NCBI GenBank assembly: GCA_965243535.1
Contig: CBDEVG010000045.1
Location: forward strand, 294,955-358,954
Direction of reading: 5' to 3'
Source: Amaricoccus sp.
GTDB lineage: Bacteria; Pseudomonadota; Alphaproteobacteria; Rhodobacterales; Rhodobacteraceae
DNA length: 64,000 bases
Positions 38,652 to 47,443 of this stretch are shown one piece after another. Positions within the stretch are counted from its first letter, which is position 1. Each line of letters starts with the position of its first letter. A model generated the notes under the pieces. It was not told the DNA's origin. It made no database searches and saw nothing but the letters and a program-made list of their open reading frames with translations. Position numbers and translations under genes: made by a program.

Positions 38652-39170
38652 ATGCGAACACTGGCATTCTCGCTCGCGCTCTGGTCGGTCACCGCGTCCG
38701 TCGCGCGCGCCGATGCGATCACGCCATTCGAAGGAGACTGCCCTCCTGGGCTCGTCGTCGAGATCTCTGGGCATGCCGAGGTCTGCGCGCCGCGTGCGTG
38801 CTCGACAGACGTGCAGTGCGGAGCGCGCGCAGCGTGTCGCGAGATCGGCGAGTGCTGGGCTCCGCGCGAGGTGAGCCCGAGCGGCGGCCGGATCTTCGAC
38901 GACATGGTGATGCGCGACGTGCCGATCGGCCTGTGCGGCGCGGGCGGCTCATGCGCCGAGGGCAGGTGCGCGACGCGACGACAGTGCGAGCCGACCCTCG
39001 CAACCGACGCGTGGGACCCCGCTGCGCGCCGATGGACGGCAGAGCCCTACCACGCACCGCTCCTGAGCTGTGCTGCCTCCGTGCATCGCCACCCGTTCCC
39101 GCTCCCGCTCCTCGCGATCATTGGCGCGCTGCTCGGCACCGCATGGCGTCATCGCTCTCGCCACGGGTGA
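38652..39170 (+). CDS. Secreted Cys-rich protein with C-terminal TM plus basic tail (MYXO-CTERM-like sorting signal)
   Basis: Starts 8 nt after the giant gene. Signal peptide MRTLAFSLALWSVTASVARA, 12 Cys, C-terminal ...LSCAASVHRHPFPLPLLAIIGALLGTAWRHRSRHG resembling MYXO-CTERM (Cys, then hydrophobic helix, then Arg-rich tail). Confidence 0.5.
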   Translation: MRTLAFSLALWSVTASVARADAITPFEGDCPPGLVVEISGHAEVCAPRACSTDVQCGARAACREIGECWAPREVSPSGGRIFDDMVMRDVPIGLCGAGGSCAEGRCATRRQCEPTLATDAWDPAARRWTAEPYHAPLLSCAASVHRHPFPLPLLAIIGALLGTAWRHRSRHG

Positions 39171-39193
39171 GCCAGCTCGGGAGTCTCTCGCGC

Positions 39194-39406
39194 ATGCGGA
39201 TGGTGCCGTCGTGCGGGTCGCGTCGCTGGGTGTCGGGCCTCGCCCTCGCCGACGTCTCGGTCTATGGCGCCGTCCCCGTCGATCGGGACACGCGCTACCG
39301 CGTGAGCGCGACCACGCGCCGCGAAGGGCGCATCGAGCCGTTCGAGGTCGTGCGCACGTCGCGCAACGCGCTCATCATGATGGGCCGTGAGCTCGTCCCC
39401 GACTGA
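39194..39406 (+). CDS. Small hypothetical ORF (70 aa)
   Basis: MRMVPSCGSRRWVSGLALADVSVYGAVPVDRDTRYRVSATTRREGRIEPFEVVRTSRNALIMMGRELVPD; only support is position and absence of a better frame. Confidence 0.2.
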   Translation: MRMVPSCGSRRWVSGLALADVSVYGAVPVDRDTRYRVSATTRREGRIEPFEVVRTSRNALIMMGRELVPD

Positions 39407-39431
39407 TGGGTCCTGCGCGCGACCGACGCCG

Positions 39432-40388
39432 TCAGTCTCCTCTCGGGCGCTTGCGCGCCGTCTCGGGGCCGAGCTCGGCGAGGACGATGTCGCGGAACGC
39501 GCGGACTTTTGCCGGCACGAAGGCGCTCGCCGCGTGGAGCAGCGCGAGCGGCACGGTGATGTCGATCTCGTAGCCAGGCAGCACCCGCACGAGGCGGCCG
39601 GCGGTGACGTCGCGATCGCCCACCAGACGAGGCATTCCCGCGATCGCGCCGCCGTGCGCCACGAGCTCGCGCACGAAGGCGCCGTCGCCGATCAGCGTGG
39701 GCTCGAGCGTCACGCGCGTGACCGTGGCCCCGTGACGGATCGGGAGCTCGAGTGGACGCGGCATGTTCGTGTACGCCGCGATGCGGTGCAGCCTCAGATC
39801 CTCGGGTCGCTTCGGTGTGCCGTGCTGATGCAGGTACGACGCGCTCGCGTACAGACCGACCCGCAGGTCGCGGAGCCTGACGACACGGAGGCTCGAGTCG
39901 CGCAGCACGCCGACACGCAGCGCGCAGTCGATGTGCTGCGCGTCGAGATCGAGGCGCGCGTCGCTCGCGAGCACCTCGATGCGCACCTCGGGGTGGCGAT
40001 CGACGAAACGTGCGCACAGCTCGGGCACCAATCCCACGCCGAGGTCCGACGGTGCGGTGATGCGCAGCAGGCCGCGTGGCACGTCGCGCGCACCGACCAG
40101 CGCGCGGGCCGCGTCGTCGAAGGCCTCGACGGCCTGACCCGCGCTCGCGCGGTAGGCGCGCCCTTCGTCGGTCGGCACCACACGCCTCGGTGAGCGGCGG
40201 AGCAAAGAGACACCGAGCGCCGCTTCGAGCCGGGCGAGGCGACGGCTCACCGCGCCTTTGGTCTCACCGAGCACGTTCGCCGCGCCCGTCACCGAGCCGA
40301 GATCGACGACCGCGCAGAACGCACGGACGTCGGGAAGCGTGATCGACTCCGTCGCGATGGTTTCCGTTTCAGCAACCTCGTGTCGCAT
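39432..40388 (-). CDS. LysR family transcriptional regulator
   Basis: HTH LPDVRAFCAVVDLGSVTGAANVLGETKGAVSRRLARLEAALGVSLLRR, then a LysR substrate-binding domain. Likely start MRHEV at 40388. Divergent from a DoxX gene. Confidence 0.8.
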   Translation of the reverse strand: MRHEVAETETIATESITLPDVRAFCAVVDLGSVTGAANVLGETKGAVSRRLARLEAALGVSLLRRSPRRVVPTDEGRAYRASAGQAVEAFDDAARALVGARDVPRGLLRITAPSDLGVGLVPELCARFVDRHPEVRIEVLASDARLDLDAQHIDCALRVGVLRDSSLRVVRLRDLRVGLYASASYLHQHGTPKRPEDLRLHRIAAYTNMPRPLELPIRHGATVTRVTLEPTLIGDGAFVRELVAHGGAIAGMPRLVGDRDVTAGRLVRVLPGYEIDITVPLALLHAASAFVPAKVRAFRDIVLAELGPETARKRPRGD

Positions 40389-40454
40389 GGCGCGAGTCTT
40401 GTAAGCAATGCGGTGGAACGCCATAGCTCACTCAGACATTTCGCCGAGGAAATC

Positions 40455-40895
40455 ATGACGAACACCGCGACCGCCCACGTTTCCGCCACGTCAACGTCGA
40501 CCGCGCCTCGAGGCCTCTCGATCGCCCTCTGGGTGGTTCAAGCCCTGCTCGCGTTCGCGTTCGTGGGCTCGGGCTTGATGAAGCTGACCACCCCGCACGA
40601 AGCGCTCGTCGCGCAGATGCCCTGGGTTGCAGACGCGCCCTCGTTCCTGCCGCTGTTCATCGGCGCGGCGGAGGTGCTCGGCGCGCTCGGCCTCATCCTC
40701 CCGTCGATCACGCGCATCCAGCCCAAGCTCACGCCGCTCGCGGCCGCAGGCCTCGCGACGGTGATGGTGCTCGCGGCCGCGACACACGTGATGTACGGCG
40801 AATTCTTCATGCTGCTGCCGAACACCGTGCTCGGTGGCCTGGCCGCCTTCGTCGCTTGGGGACGCTTCGGCCCCGCGGCGATCACGGCGCGGTGA
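40455..40895 (+). CDS. DoxX-family membrane protein
   Basis: Four TM segments with DoxX pattern (LSIALWVVQALLAFAFVGSGLMKL...LPLFIGAAEVLGALGLILP). Confidence 0.7.
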   Translation: MTNTATAHVSATSTSTAPRGLSIALWVVQALLAFAFVGSGLMKLTTPHEALVAQMPWVADAPSFLPLFIGAAEVLGALGLILPSITRIQPKLTPLAAAGLATVMVLAAATHVMYGEFFMLLPNTVLGGLAAFVAWGRFGPAAITAR

Positions 40896-40899
40896 CGGG

Positions 40900-41865
40900 T
40901 TAGAATCCCCAGACGATCGACAGGAACGCCGTCGTGGTGAGCCCGAGCCACGCGAAGCGGCGTAGGTCGCTGGGGGCTCGCAGGAGTCCAACGAGCGAGA
41001 CGAGCGAGACGACCACGGCGATGCTCGCGAGCGGGAGCCCCCCACCGAGGTCGAGCCGCGCGAAGATGCGCGAGAGCGGGTCGTCATCGAGGCGCTGCCC
41101 TTCGGCGGAGAGGGGCACGACGTAGTCACCGTGGTCGTAGGCCGAGACGAGCCTGGCTCGACCCCGCTCCATCGTCACCTGGCTGAAGATCCCGAGCGGC
41201 GCACGCACGAGCTCATGCTCCTCGTCTCGCGTGATCGTCACCCCGACGGCGAAGAGAGCAGCGTCCTCGAGGTCGACCCGGTACCCGAGCGACTCCGTGG
41301 CATGCGGTGGGATGGGCCGCGTGCGATCGACGCGCCACATCGGCGCGGAGACGAGCATCGACACGAGGAGCGGCCCGGTGATGGCGAGGATCGTGACGCA
41401 CGGCATCGTCCAGACGCGCGTCGCAGCGTAGGCGCTCGTCCACCACCATCGTCGAGTCCGCACGAGCACGCCGCTCATGGCGCCCAACGCGAGGGGCAGC
41501 GCCAGGACTGCAGGATCGCCGAACACGAGGATCAGCAGGCACGGTGCGCCGAACGCCGCCCCGACGAGCCATCCTCGCCCGACCCACGCGATGACTCCTG
41601 CGCGACTCCATCGCTCGATGGACCGACTGAGGCTCGAGACGGGGCTCTCGTGCGCAGAATGAACGAGCGTCAGCCACGGAAGGAGGAGTGGACCGAGGAG
41701 CACGGCGAGCAACCAGGCGCTGACACCGAGCGTCGCGTGGTCCACGACTCCGGCGAGGTCGATCGCCCAGAGCCACGCGCCGGACGCGACCGCGATGAAC
41801 GGCGCCAGCTGCGGCTGCCAGATGCCATCTCGCTCGACACGCGCCGGGTGGTTGTCGGGTGTCAT
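40900..41865 (-). CDS. Integral membrane protein (hypothetical); last gene of the KASIII-to-GNAT operon
   Basis: 321 aa, multiple TM helices. Its start lies 7 nt downstream of the FemAB-like gene stop. Confidence 0.5.
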   Translation of the reverse strand: MTPDNHPARVERDGIWQPQLAPFIAVASGAWLWAIDLAGVVDHATLGVSAWLLAVLLGPLLLPWLTLVHSAHESPVSSLSRSIERWSRAGVIAWVGRGWLVGAAFGAPCLLILVFGDPAVLALPLALGAMSGVLVRTRRWWWTSAYAATRVWTMPCVTILAITGPLLVSMLVSAPMWRVDRTRPIPPHATESLGYRVDLEDAALFAVGVTITRDEEHELVRAPLGIFSQVTMERGRARLVSAYDHGDYVVPLSAEGQRLDDDPLSRIFARLDLGGGLPLASIAVVVSLVSLVGLLRAPSDLRRFAWLGLTTTAFLSIVWGF

Positions 41866-41872
41866 GGGTCGT

Positions 41873-43027
41873 TCAGAGGTCGAAGTGCTCGATGAGGGGC
41901 GCGCCGAGGTGATCCATCAGGGCGCCGAGCGCGCGCCAGGGGGCTCGGCGGTGGCGCGGTAGATGGCGATCGAACACGGCGAGGTGCTCGAGCTCGGGCA
42001 CTGCGCCGCGGTTCTGCTTGAAGTCGCTCACCCCCGCGCTGTCGTGGACGAGCACGCCACGCGCGAGCGCATCCGCGGACGAGAGCGCAGCGAGCATGCG
42101 GTAGAGACCGCGCTCCTGCGGGAGGCGCGTGTCGTAGCCGAGGATGGGCACGTAGTAGAGACCGTGACGCACCCACGCGGCGAAGGCACCGTCGAGCGAT
42201 CCCTCGCGCGAGACGAGCGCGCGGCCTTCGAGGAAGCCGCAGCGGATCGTGTGGATGACGTAGGCGCGCGTGAGCTGCGGGTTGTGGCGCGACCACTTCT
42301 CCACGTAGAGCAGATCATAGAGGTCGCGCACGCGAGAGAGGCCGTCGTCATCGAGCTCGCGCAGATCGACCACACGGTAGCTGCCCTCGGTCAGTGCACG
42401 ATCGAGGAGACGTTGGTCCTTGCGACCGTCACGGTGACCGAGCGCGTCTCTGGGATCCTGGAAGAGCACACGTCGACTGAACACGAAGCGGGCGCCGAAG
42501 GCCTCGAGCGCATCGCGCAGCTGACCGCTCGAGCGTCGGTCGACACCACGCACGACGATGGCGTGATCGGGGAACCGCTCACGAAGCGCGGCGATCAGCA
42601 CGTCCCACGCGTCGTCGAAGAGGAGCGCGTGGAGCGTGGTCGAAGTGAGCCAGTTGTCGACGTAGACGACGCGATCGAAGCGCGCGCGGCGGAACGCGCG
42701 ACCGAGGCCGGCGACGACGCGTCGCAGCGGTCGCTCGATCGAGGGTGCCTCGAGCTTCTCGATCTCCTCGGCGCCGTAGGTGATGTAGTGCGTGTACGGC
42801 GAGACGATGTAGCTCTGGCCCTCGCGCTCGCGCGAGACGGTGAACGGCACCACGACGCCGTCGACGATCGCGATGCCCAGCTCCGCGTCGAGGTTCGGCG
42901 CCGCGAACGTCGGACCGTGGGTGAGCAGCGGAGCGAAGTACGCGTGCGCGGCGCGCCCTTCGTCGGTCTCGGGCCAGGGCACTTGCGAGGGTGCGCACGC
43001 CGTGTGGAGCGAGACCCGGTGCGTCAC
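41873..43027 (-). CDS. FemAB/GNAT-fold (Acetyltransf_6-like) acyl- or aminoacyl-transferase
   Basis: Protein-like part of long ORF 41873..45025. The proposed GTG start at 43027 overlaps the TGA of the upstream gene (GTGA). Sequence YVDNWLTSTTLHALLFDDAWD...LYDLLYVEKWSRHNPQLTRAYVIHTIRCGFLEGRALVSREGSLDGAFAAWVRHGLYYVPILGYD resembles FemAB-related / BioF2-like N-acyltransferases. Confidence 0.45.
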   Translation of the reverse strand: MTHRVSLHTACAPSQVPWPETDEGRAAHAYFAPLLTHGPTFAAPNLDAELGIAIVDGVVVPFTVSREREGQSYIVSPYTHYITYGAEEIEKLEAPSIERPLRRVVAGLGRAFRRARFDRVVYVDNWLTSTTLHALLFDDAWDVLIAALRERFPDHAIVVRGVDRRSSGQLRDALEAFGARFVFSRRVLFQDPRDALGHRDGRKDQRLLDRALTEGSYRVVDLRELDDDGLSRVRDLYDLLYVEKWSRHNPQLTRAYVIHTIRCGFLEGRALVSREGSLDGAFAAWVRHGLYYVPILGYDTRLPQERGLYRMLAALSSADALARGVLVHDSAGVSDFKQNRGAVPELEHLAVFDRHLPRHRRAPWRALGALMDHLGAPLIEHFDL

Positions 43028-44340
43028 GCGCCGGCCTCGGGGCCGAGGGCACAGACGATGCGCCGCAGCTTCTTCATGGGGTCGCGCGCGGGCGAGCCGA
43101 GACGATCGATCGTCACGCGTACGCCGCGAGAGGCGAAGAGCGCGACGAGCGCCGACGCCGCCCGGTCCCACGCGTCGGTCGGATCGACGTGGAGCGAGAT
43201 GCGGTCGATCGCTGTCTGCAGCACGCGGTAGTCGGTGATGCGCGCGTCGGCGAGCATCACCGCGCGGCGCGCGAAGTCGGGGAACAGTGGCGCGCTGTGG
43301 TCGTGGGTCTGGAGGAGATCGTCGGCGCGGCCCTCGATGCGATCGAGCCCGACGGTCACCAGGCCGCAGGGGCACGGTGAGCGGCGCGGCACCAGCACGT
43401 CGTCGAGTCGGTAGCGTACGATCGGCTGCGAGCGCCTCCGGAAGTCCGTGACGATCGGGTGGAACGCGCCTTCGTGCGAGCCGCACACCGGCTCGCGCTC
43501 GATGACCGCGACGTCCTCCGCCAGGTGCACGGTACCGAACGCACAGCTCGCGCCGAGGAAGCCCTCGGTGGCTTGGTAGATCTGGTGGACCGTGACGCCG
43601 AAGCCGCGACGGATCACGCCCTCGTCGATCGGATCGAGCACCTCGGCCACGGACACCACGATGCGCGGCGCGATCTCGAGCTCGCCGCGCACGCGGGCCT
43701 CGGCGAGCAGACGAAGCATCGAGGGCGGCGCGATCAGGATCGTCGGGCGCTGATCGCGGAGCGCCGCGACGTGCGCGTCGAAGGGGATCGCGAGATCGAA
43801 GAAGCGGAACGCGATGCGGCGGCTGCCCACGCTCTCGTAGAGGTTCGAGCTCGCGCGGAGGAAGAACGCGACACGCTCGGGCGGAAACCCCGGGATCCCC
43901 GTGGTGAGCACGCGCGCGATCGCCGAGCCGGCCCACTCCGCGCGCTCGTCGGTGGAGGCGACGAAGAGACCGCGGTTTCCCGACGTGCCGCTCGAGAGGC
44001 CCACCGTGTAGCCACGCAGCATCGGGGAGAAGTCGCGATCGCGCTCGGCACGCAGCGCGACCTCGAGCGCCTCGTCGCGCCGAACGCGCACGGTCACGAC
44101 ATCGTCCCAGCGCGCCATCATCTGGGCCTTGTTCGTGATCGGGAGCTCGCGCCAGCGCGTGCTCGAGCGGCCCTCGAAGCGCTCCGCGAGGTGGCTGGAT
44201 CGCGACCGAGCCCACTCGAGGAAGCGCACGACCTTGCGCTCCTGCCAGACCTCGAGCGAAGCGCGCGTCGGAAACACCGTGGGCTCGATGCGCGCGCGCA
44301 GGAACGAGCGCACGAGGATGCGGCGGTCGACGTCGCTCAC
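43024..44340 (-). CDS. Adenylate-forming enzyme, PaaK / coenzyme-F390-synthetase-related family
   Basis: GTG start at 44340 overlapping the upstream TGA. Motif GYTVGLSSGTSGNRGLFVAS (P-loop of the ANL/PaaK superfamily), QIYQATEG (A5-like) and a C-terminal domain. About 438 aa. Confidence 0.65.
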   Translation of the reverse strand: MSDVDRRILVRSFLRARIEPTVFPTRASLEVWQERKVVRFLEWARSRSSHLAERFEGRSSTRWRELPITNKAQMMARWDDVVTVRVRRDEALEVALRAERDRDFSPMLRGYTVGLSSGTSGNRGLFVASTDERAEWAGSAIARVLTTGIPGFPPERVAFFLRASSNLYESVGSRRIAFRFFDLAIPFDAHVAALRDQRPTILIAPPSMLRLLAEARVRGELEIAPRIVVSVAEVLDPIDEGVIRRGFGVTVHQIYQATEGFLGASCAFGTVHLAEDVAVIEREPVCGSHEGAFHPIVTDFRRRSQPIVRYRLDDVLVPRRSPCPCGLVTVGLDRIEGRADDLLQTHDHSAPLFPDFARRAVMLADARITDYRVLQTAIDRISLHVDPTDAWDRAASALVALFASRGVRVTIDRLGSPARDPMKKLRRIVCALGPEAGA

Positions 44341-45239
44341 ACGATCGCCCGGGCGTCGCTCGATGGGGCGACCGTCGGGCCGACGTGCGCCGAGGGGATG
44401 CGCAGTCGTCGGACCGCTTCGCAGTGCGCAGGCACGATGCGGATGGAGGGCGTGCGCTCCGCGAGATCGGCGATGCGACCGAGCGTGGTGCCGTAGAGGC
44501 CGTAGCTCGAGAAGAGCGCGCGCGTGATCGGGTGCGGGAGTTGGCGACGGCGCACGCTCTCGGTCGTCCAGCACGCGTCGGCGACGAGGAAGTCGAGCGA
44601 GCCGTCCGCTGCGCGCAGGAACGCGCCGAGCTGTCCCTCGACGTGACCCGGCAGCTCGACCAGCAAGATCGAGCCATCGCCGAAGAGATCGACACCGTAG
44701 TGGAACGGCGCGCACTCGGGCGGCAGGCGGACGGCCTCGGACTCGAGGCGCGGCACGAGCGCGCGCGAATCGAGATCCGCGGGCAAGAGCGCGCGGAGGA
44801 AGCCCGCCGCCGTGCCTCGGATGCGACCGAGCGGCAGAAACGAGCGGAGCGCGCGCTCGAGGTAGACGAGCCGCGCACGAGGGAAGTCGCAGAGCCCTGC
44901 CACGTGGTCGGCGTGGAAGTGCGAGACGATGACGTGCGTGATGTCGCTCGCGCGGATGCCGCGTGCCTCGAGCTGCGCGAGCGCGGTGCGCGCGGGATCG
45001 ATCGTGATGGGCGTGACCCACGCATAGAACCGCTCGGGAAATGGGCGCGTCGCGTGGAGGAAGCGCGGCGAGTAGCCGGTGTCGAACAAGATCGGTCCGC
45101 GCGTGGGGTGATGGATGAGCGCGACGATCGCGGGAAAGCGCAGCGGTGCGAAGCGTCGGTTCTGGAGCACCACGTGCTCCGGGTGCATGCAGTGGCCCAC
45201 CTCGAGCAGCTCGAGTCGGACGCTCGCCTGGTTCGTCAT
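44337..45239 (-). CDS. Metallo-beta-lactamase-fold hydrolase
   Basis: HxHxDH motif VIVSHFHADHVAGL. Start ATG at 45239 overlaps the upstream stop (ATGA). 300 aa. Confidence 0.75.
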   Translation of the reverse strand: MTNQASVRLELLEVGHCMHPEHVVLQNRRFAPLRFPAIVALIHHPTRGPILFDTGYSPRFLHATRPFPERFYAWVTPITIDPARTALAQLEARGIRASDITHVIVSHFHADHVAGLCDFPRARLVYLERALRSFLPLGRIRGTAAGFLRALLPADLDSRALVPRLESEAVRLPPECAPFHYGVDLFGDGSILLVELPGHVEGQLGAFLRAADGSLDFLVADACWTTESVRRRQLPHPITRALFSSYGLYGTTLGRIADLAERTPSIRIVPAHCEAVRRLRIPSAHVGPTVAPSSDARAIV

Positions 45240-46252
45240 GCGGATCCTTTCGGGGGCGGGCGCAGATCGAGCGACGCCAGATACCGTGCGAGACCTTCCT
45301 CGAGCGCCACGCACGGCGCGTAGCCGAGGTCGCGGCGGGCGGCGGTGAGGTCGAGCGTCATCGTGCGCGCGAGCAGGCCGAGCGTGTACCGCGTGATGCG
45401 CGGCTCGATCGAAGGAAGGAGCGTGCGGTGGAGCGCCTCGAGCACACCCGCGACGACGAGCGCACGGTCCGCGCTCACGTGGCGCGTGGGTCTCGCGAGG
45501 CCGAGGCCATCGGCGAGCGCCGCGATCACCTCGCCGATCGGTCGCGGGTCGCCGCTCGTCACGTGGTAGGTGCCACCGATCGCACGATCGGAGGAGAGCG
45601 CACGCACGAGCGCCTGCACCGCGTCGTCGATGAAGGTGAGATCGACGAGCGAGCGTCCGCCGTCGAGCAGCGGGAATTGCCCGCGGCGCAGAGCCTCCAC
45701 GACGCGCGGCAAGATCGTGGTGTCGCCCGGTCCGTAGAGCGCGCGGGGCCGCAGGATGACGGTCGCGAGGCCTCGTGCGTGGGCGCGCGTGACGACGCGC
45801 TCGGCCTCGAGCTTGGTGCGCGCGTAGTCGTTCACCATCACCCCCGGCAGCGGATCGCTCTCGCGGATGCCCTCACGCGCGCGGAAGTCGAAGTACACGG
45901 CGGGCGTCGAGACGTGGACCAAGCGCGCGACGTGGAAGCGCTCACACGCATGGACGACGTTCTCGGTCGCGCGAACGTTCGCGCGATCGAAGGCACGCGG
46001 ATCGCCCCACGGGCTCGAGAGCGCAGCCGAGTGAACCACGGCGAGCGCGCCGCGGATCACGCGATCCGTCTCCGTCGGCATCGCGAGATCGGCGGGCTCG
46101 AAGCGCGCGCCCGTCTCGCGTGCGAGCGCGGCGCCGCGACGACGGTCCCGGCCGGTCGCGATCACGGAACGCCCCTCTGCGCGGAGACGACGCACGAGCG
46201 CGCCGCCGAGGAAGCCCGTCGCGCCGGTCACGACGATCGGCAGATCCGTCAC
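45236..46252 (-). CDS. NAD-dependent epimerase/dehydratase (extended SDR) family protein
   Basis: Rossmann motif IVVTGATGFLGGALVRRL, catalytic YARTK (YxxxK). GTG start at 46252 overlaps the upstream TGA. Confidence 0.75.
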   Translation of the reverse strand: MTDLPIVVTGATGFLGGALVRRLRAEGRSVIATGRDRRRGAALARETGARFEPADLAMPTETDRVIRGALAVVHSAALSSPWGDPRAFDRANVRATENVVHACERFHVARLVHVSTPAVYFDFRAREGIRESDPLPGVMVNDYARTKLEAERVVTRAHARGLATVILRPRALYGPGDTTILPRVVEALRRGQFPLLDGGRSLVDLTFIDDAVQALVRALSSDRAIGGTYHVTSGDPRPIGEVIAALADGLGLARPTRHVSADRALVVAGVLEALHRTLLPSIEPRITRYTLGLLARTMTLDLTAARRDLGYAPCVALEEGLARYLASLDLRPPPKGSA

Positions 46253-47424
46253 GAGCTCACCTCCGGCGCACCCGGATCGTGCGGACCGTTCCACTCGATG
46301 TCGAGCGTCGAGGCCGCGAGCGGCGAGCATCGATGAACGATCGCGCGACGCAGGAGCTCGCCTGCAGTGGCGATCTGCACGAGCGTCGCCGCGGGATCGT
46401 GGCGATCCCACGCGACGTCACGCGACGCGCTCAGCGTGGACACGAACGAGGCACCGAGCTGCCGCGGGCCGTAGAGCCACATCGGGAGCGCCAGCATCGC
46501 AGAGGCCGTGGCTCGCGGTCTCGCGAGCGGTGCGTGCGGATCGACGTAGGCGCGCGGCAGGCTCGGATCGCCGCGGAAGAGGTGCGCGCCGCTGGTCGCG
46601 CGCGGGTTGCACTCGATCGCGAGGATGCCGCGGCCCGGAACGTCGAAGAGGTCGAACGCGACCTGCCCCGTGAAGCGCTCGCGTGCGACGAACGCCGCGA
46701 CCCACGCCTCGACGCGCGGGTCGAGCAAGGGACGGAACAAGATCGCGGAGCCCTCGCCGCTGCGCGGGCCGGCGGTGACCTCGAGCGCATACGCCGAGTG
46801 CAGCGTGAGACGTCCCTCGTGCGCGATCGAGAACGTCGCGATCGGCGTGCCGCGCAGGCGCTCCTGCACGACCCACGCGCGCGTCTCGCTGACGTCGTCG
46901 ACGCGAGCCAGATCGCGCGGCGACACGACGGCGTTCGACGCGAAGCGCGAGAACGCCGGCTTGAGCACCACCTCGGGGCCGCGCTCGCGCACGATCCGCG
47001 CGAGCAGGCCGCGATCGGTGACGCGCTCGGTCGCCGGAGCGTCGAGGCCCGCGGCGAGCGTGCGCTTCGCGAAGGCGTGCTTGTCGTGGAGCGGCGTGAG
47101 CGCCTCGATCGACATCGCGAAGACACGCGTCTGCGGCGCGAGCACGTCGAGGCGTCGCGCGACGTGAAACGTCTCTTCGCACGTGGGCACGAGGAGCTCG
47201 ATCGACTCGCGGCGGATCACGTCGCGCAGCCCTTCGGCGAACGCGCGTGCGTCGCGATCGCGACGCGGCGCGGGCACCCGGTAGGAGCGCCGCACCGCGC
47301 GCGAGCCGCGCAAGAGGTGCGCACGGAACGACTCGGCGACGAAGACCTCGTGACCGCTGGCGTGGAACGCACGCGCGAGCTCGAGCGTGACCGGCGCGCG
47401 CGCGCCCGTGAGGAGGACTCGCAT
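46249..47424 (-). CDS. ATP-grasp domain protein
   Basis: MRVLLTGARAPVTLELARAFHASGHEVFVAES (pre-ATP-grasp), VVLKPAFSRFASN and LAIECNPRATSGAH (ATP-grasp core). 391 aa. Confidence 0.65.
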   Translation of the reverse strand: MRVLLTGARAPVTLELARAFHASGHEVFVAESFRAHLLRGSRAVRRSYRVPAPRRDRDARAFAEGLRDVIRRESIELLVPTCEETFHVARRLDVLAPQTRVFAMSIEALTPLHDKHAFAKRTLAAGLDAPATERVTDRGLLARIVRERGPEVVLKPAFSRFASNAVVSPRDLARVDDVSETRAWVVQERLRGTPIATFSIAHEGRLTLHSAYALEVTAGPRSGEGSAILFRPLLDPRVEAWVAAFVARERFTGQVAFDLFDVPGRGILAIECNPRATSGAHLFRGDPSLPRAYVDPHAPLARPRATASAMLALPMWLYGPRQLGASFVSTLSASRDVAWDRHDPAATLVQIATAGELLRRAIVHRCSPLAASTLDIEWNGPHDPGAPEVSS

Positions 47425-47443
47425 GTGCTCAGCGCCTCATCGC

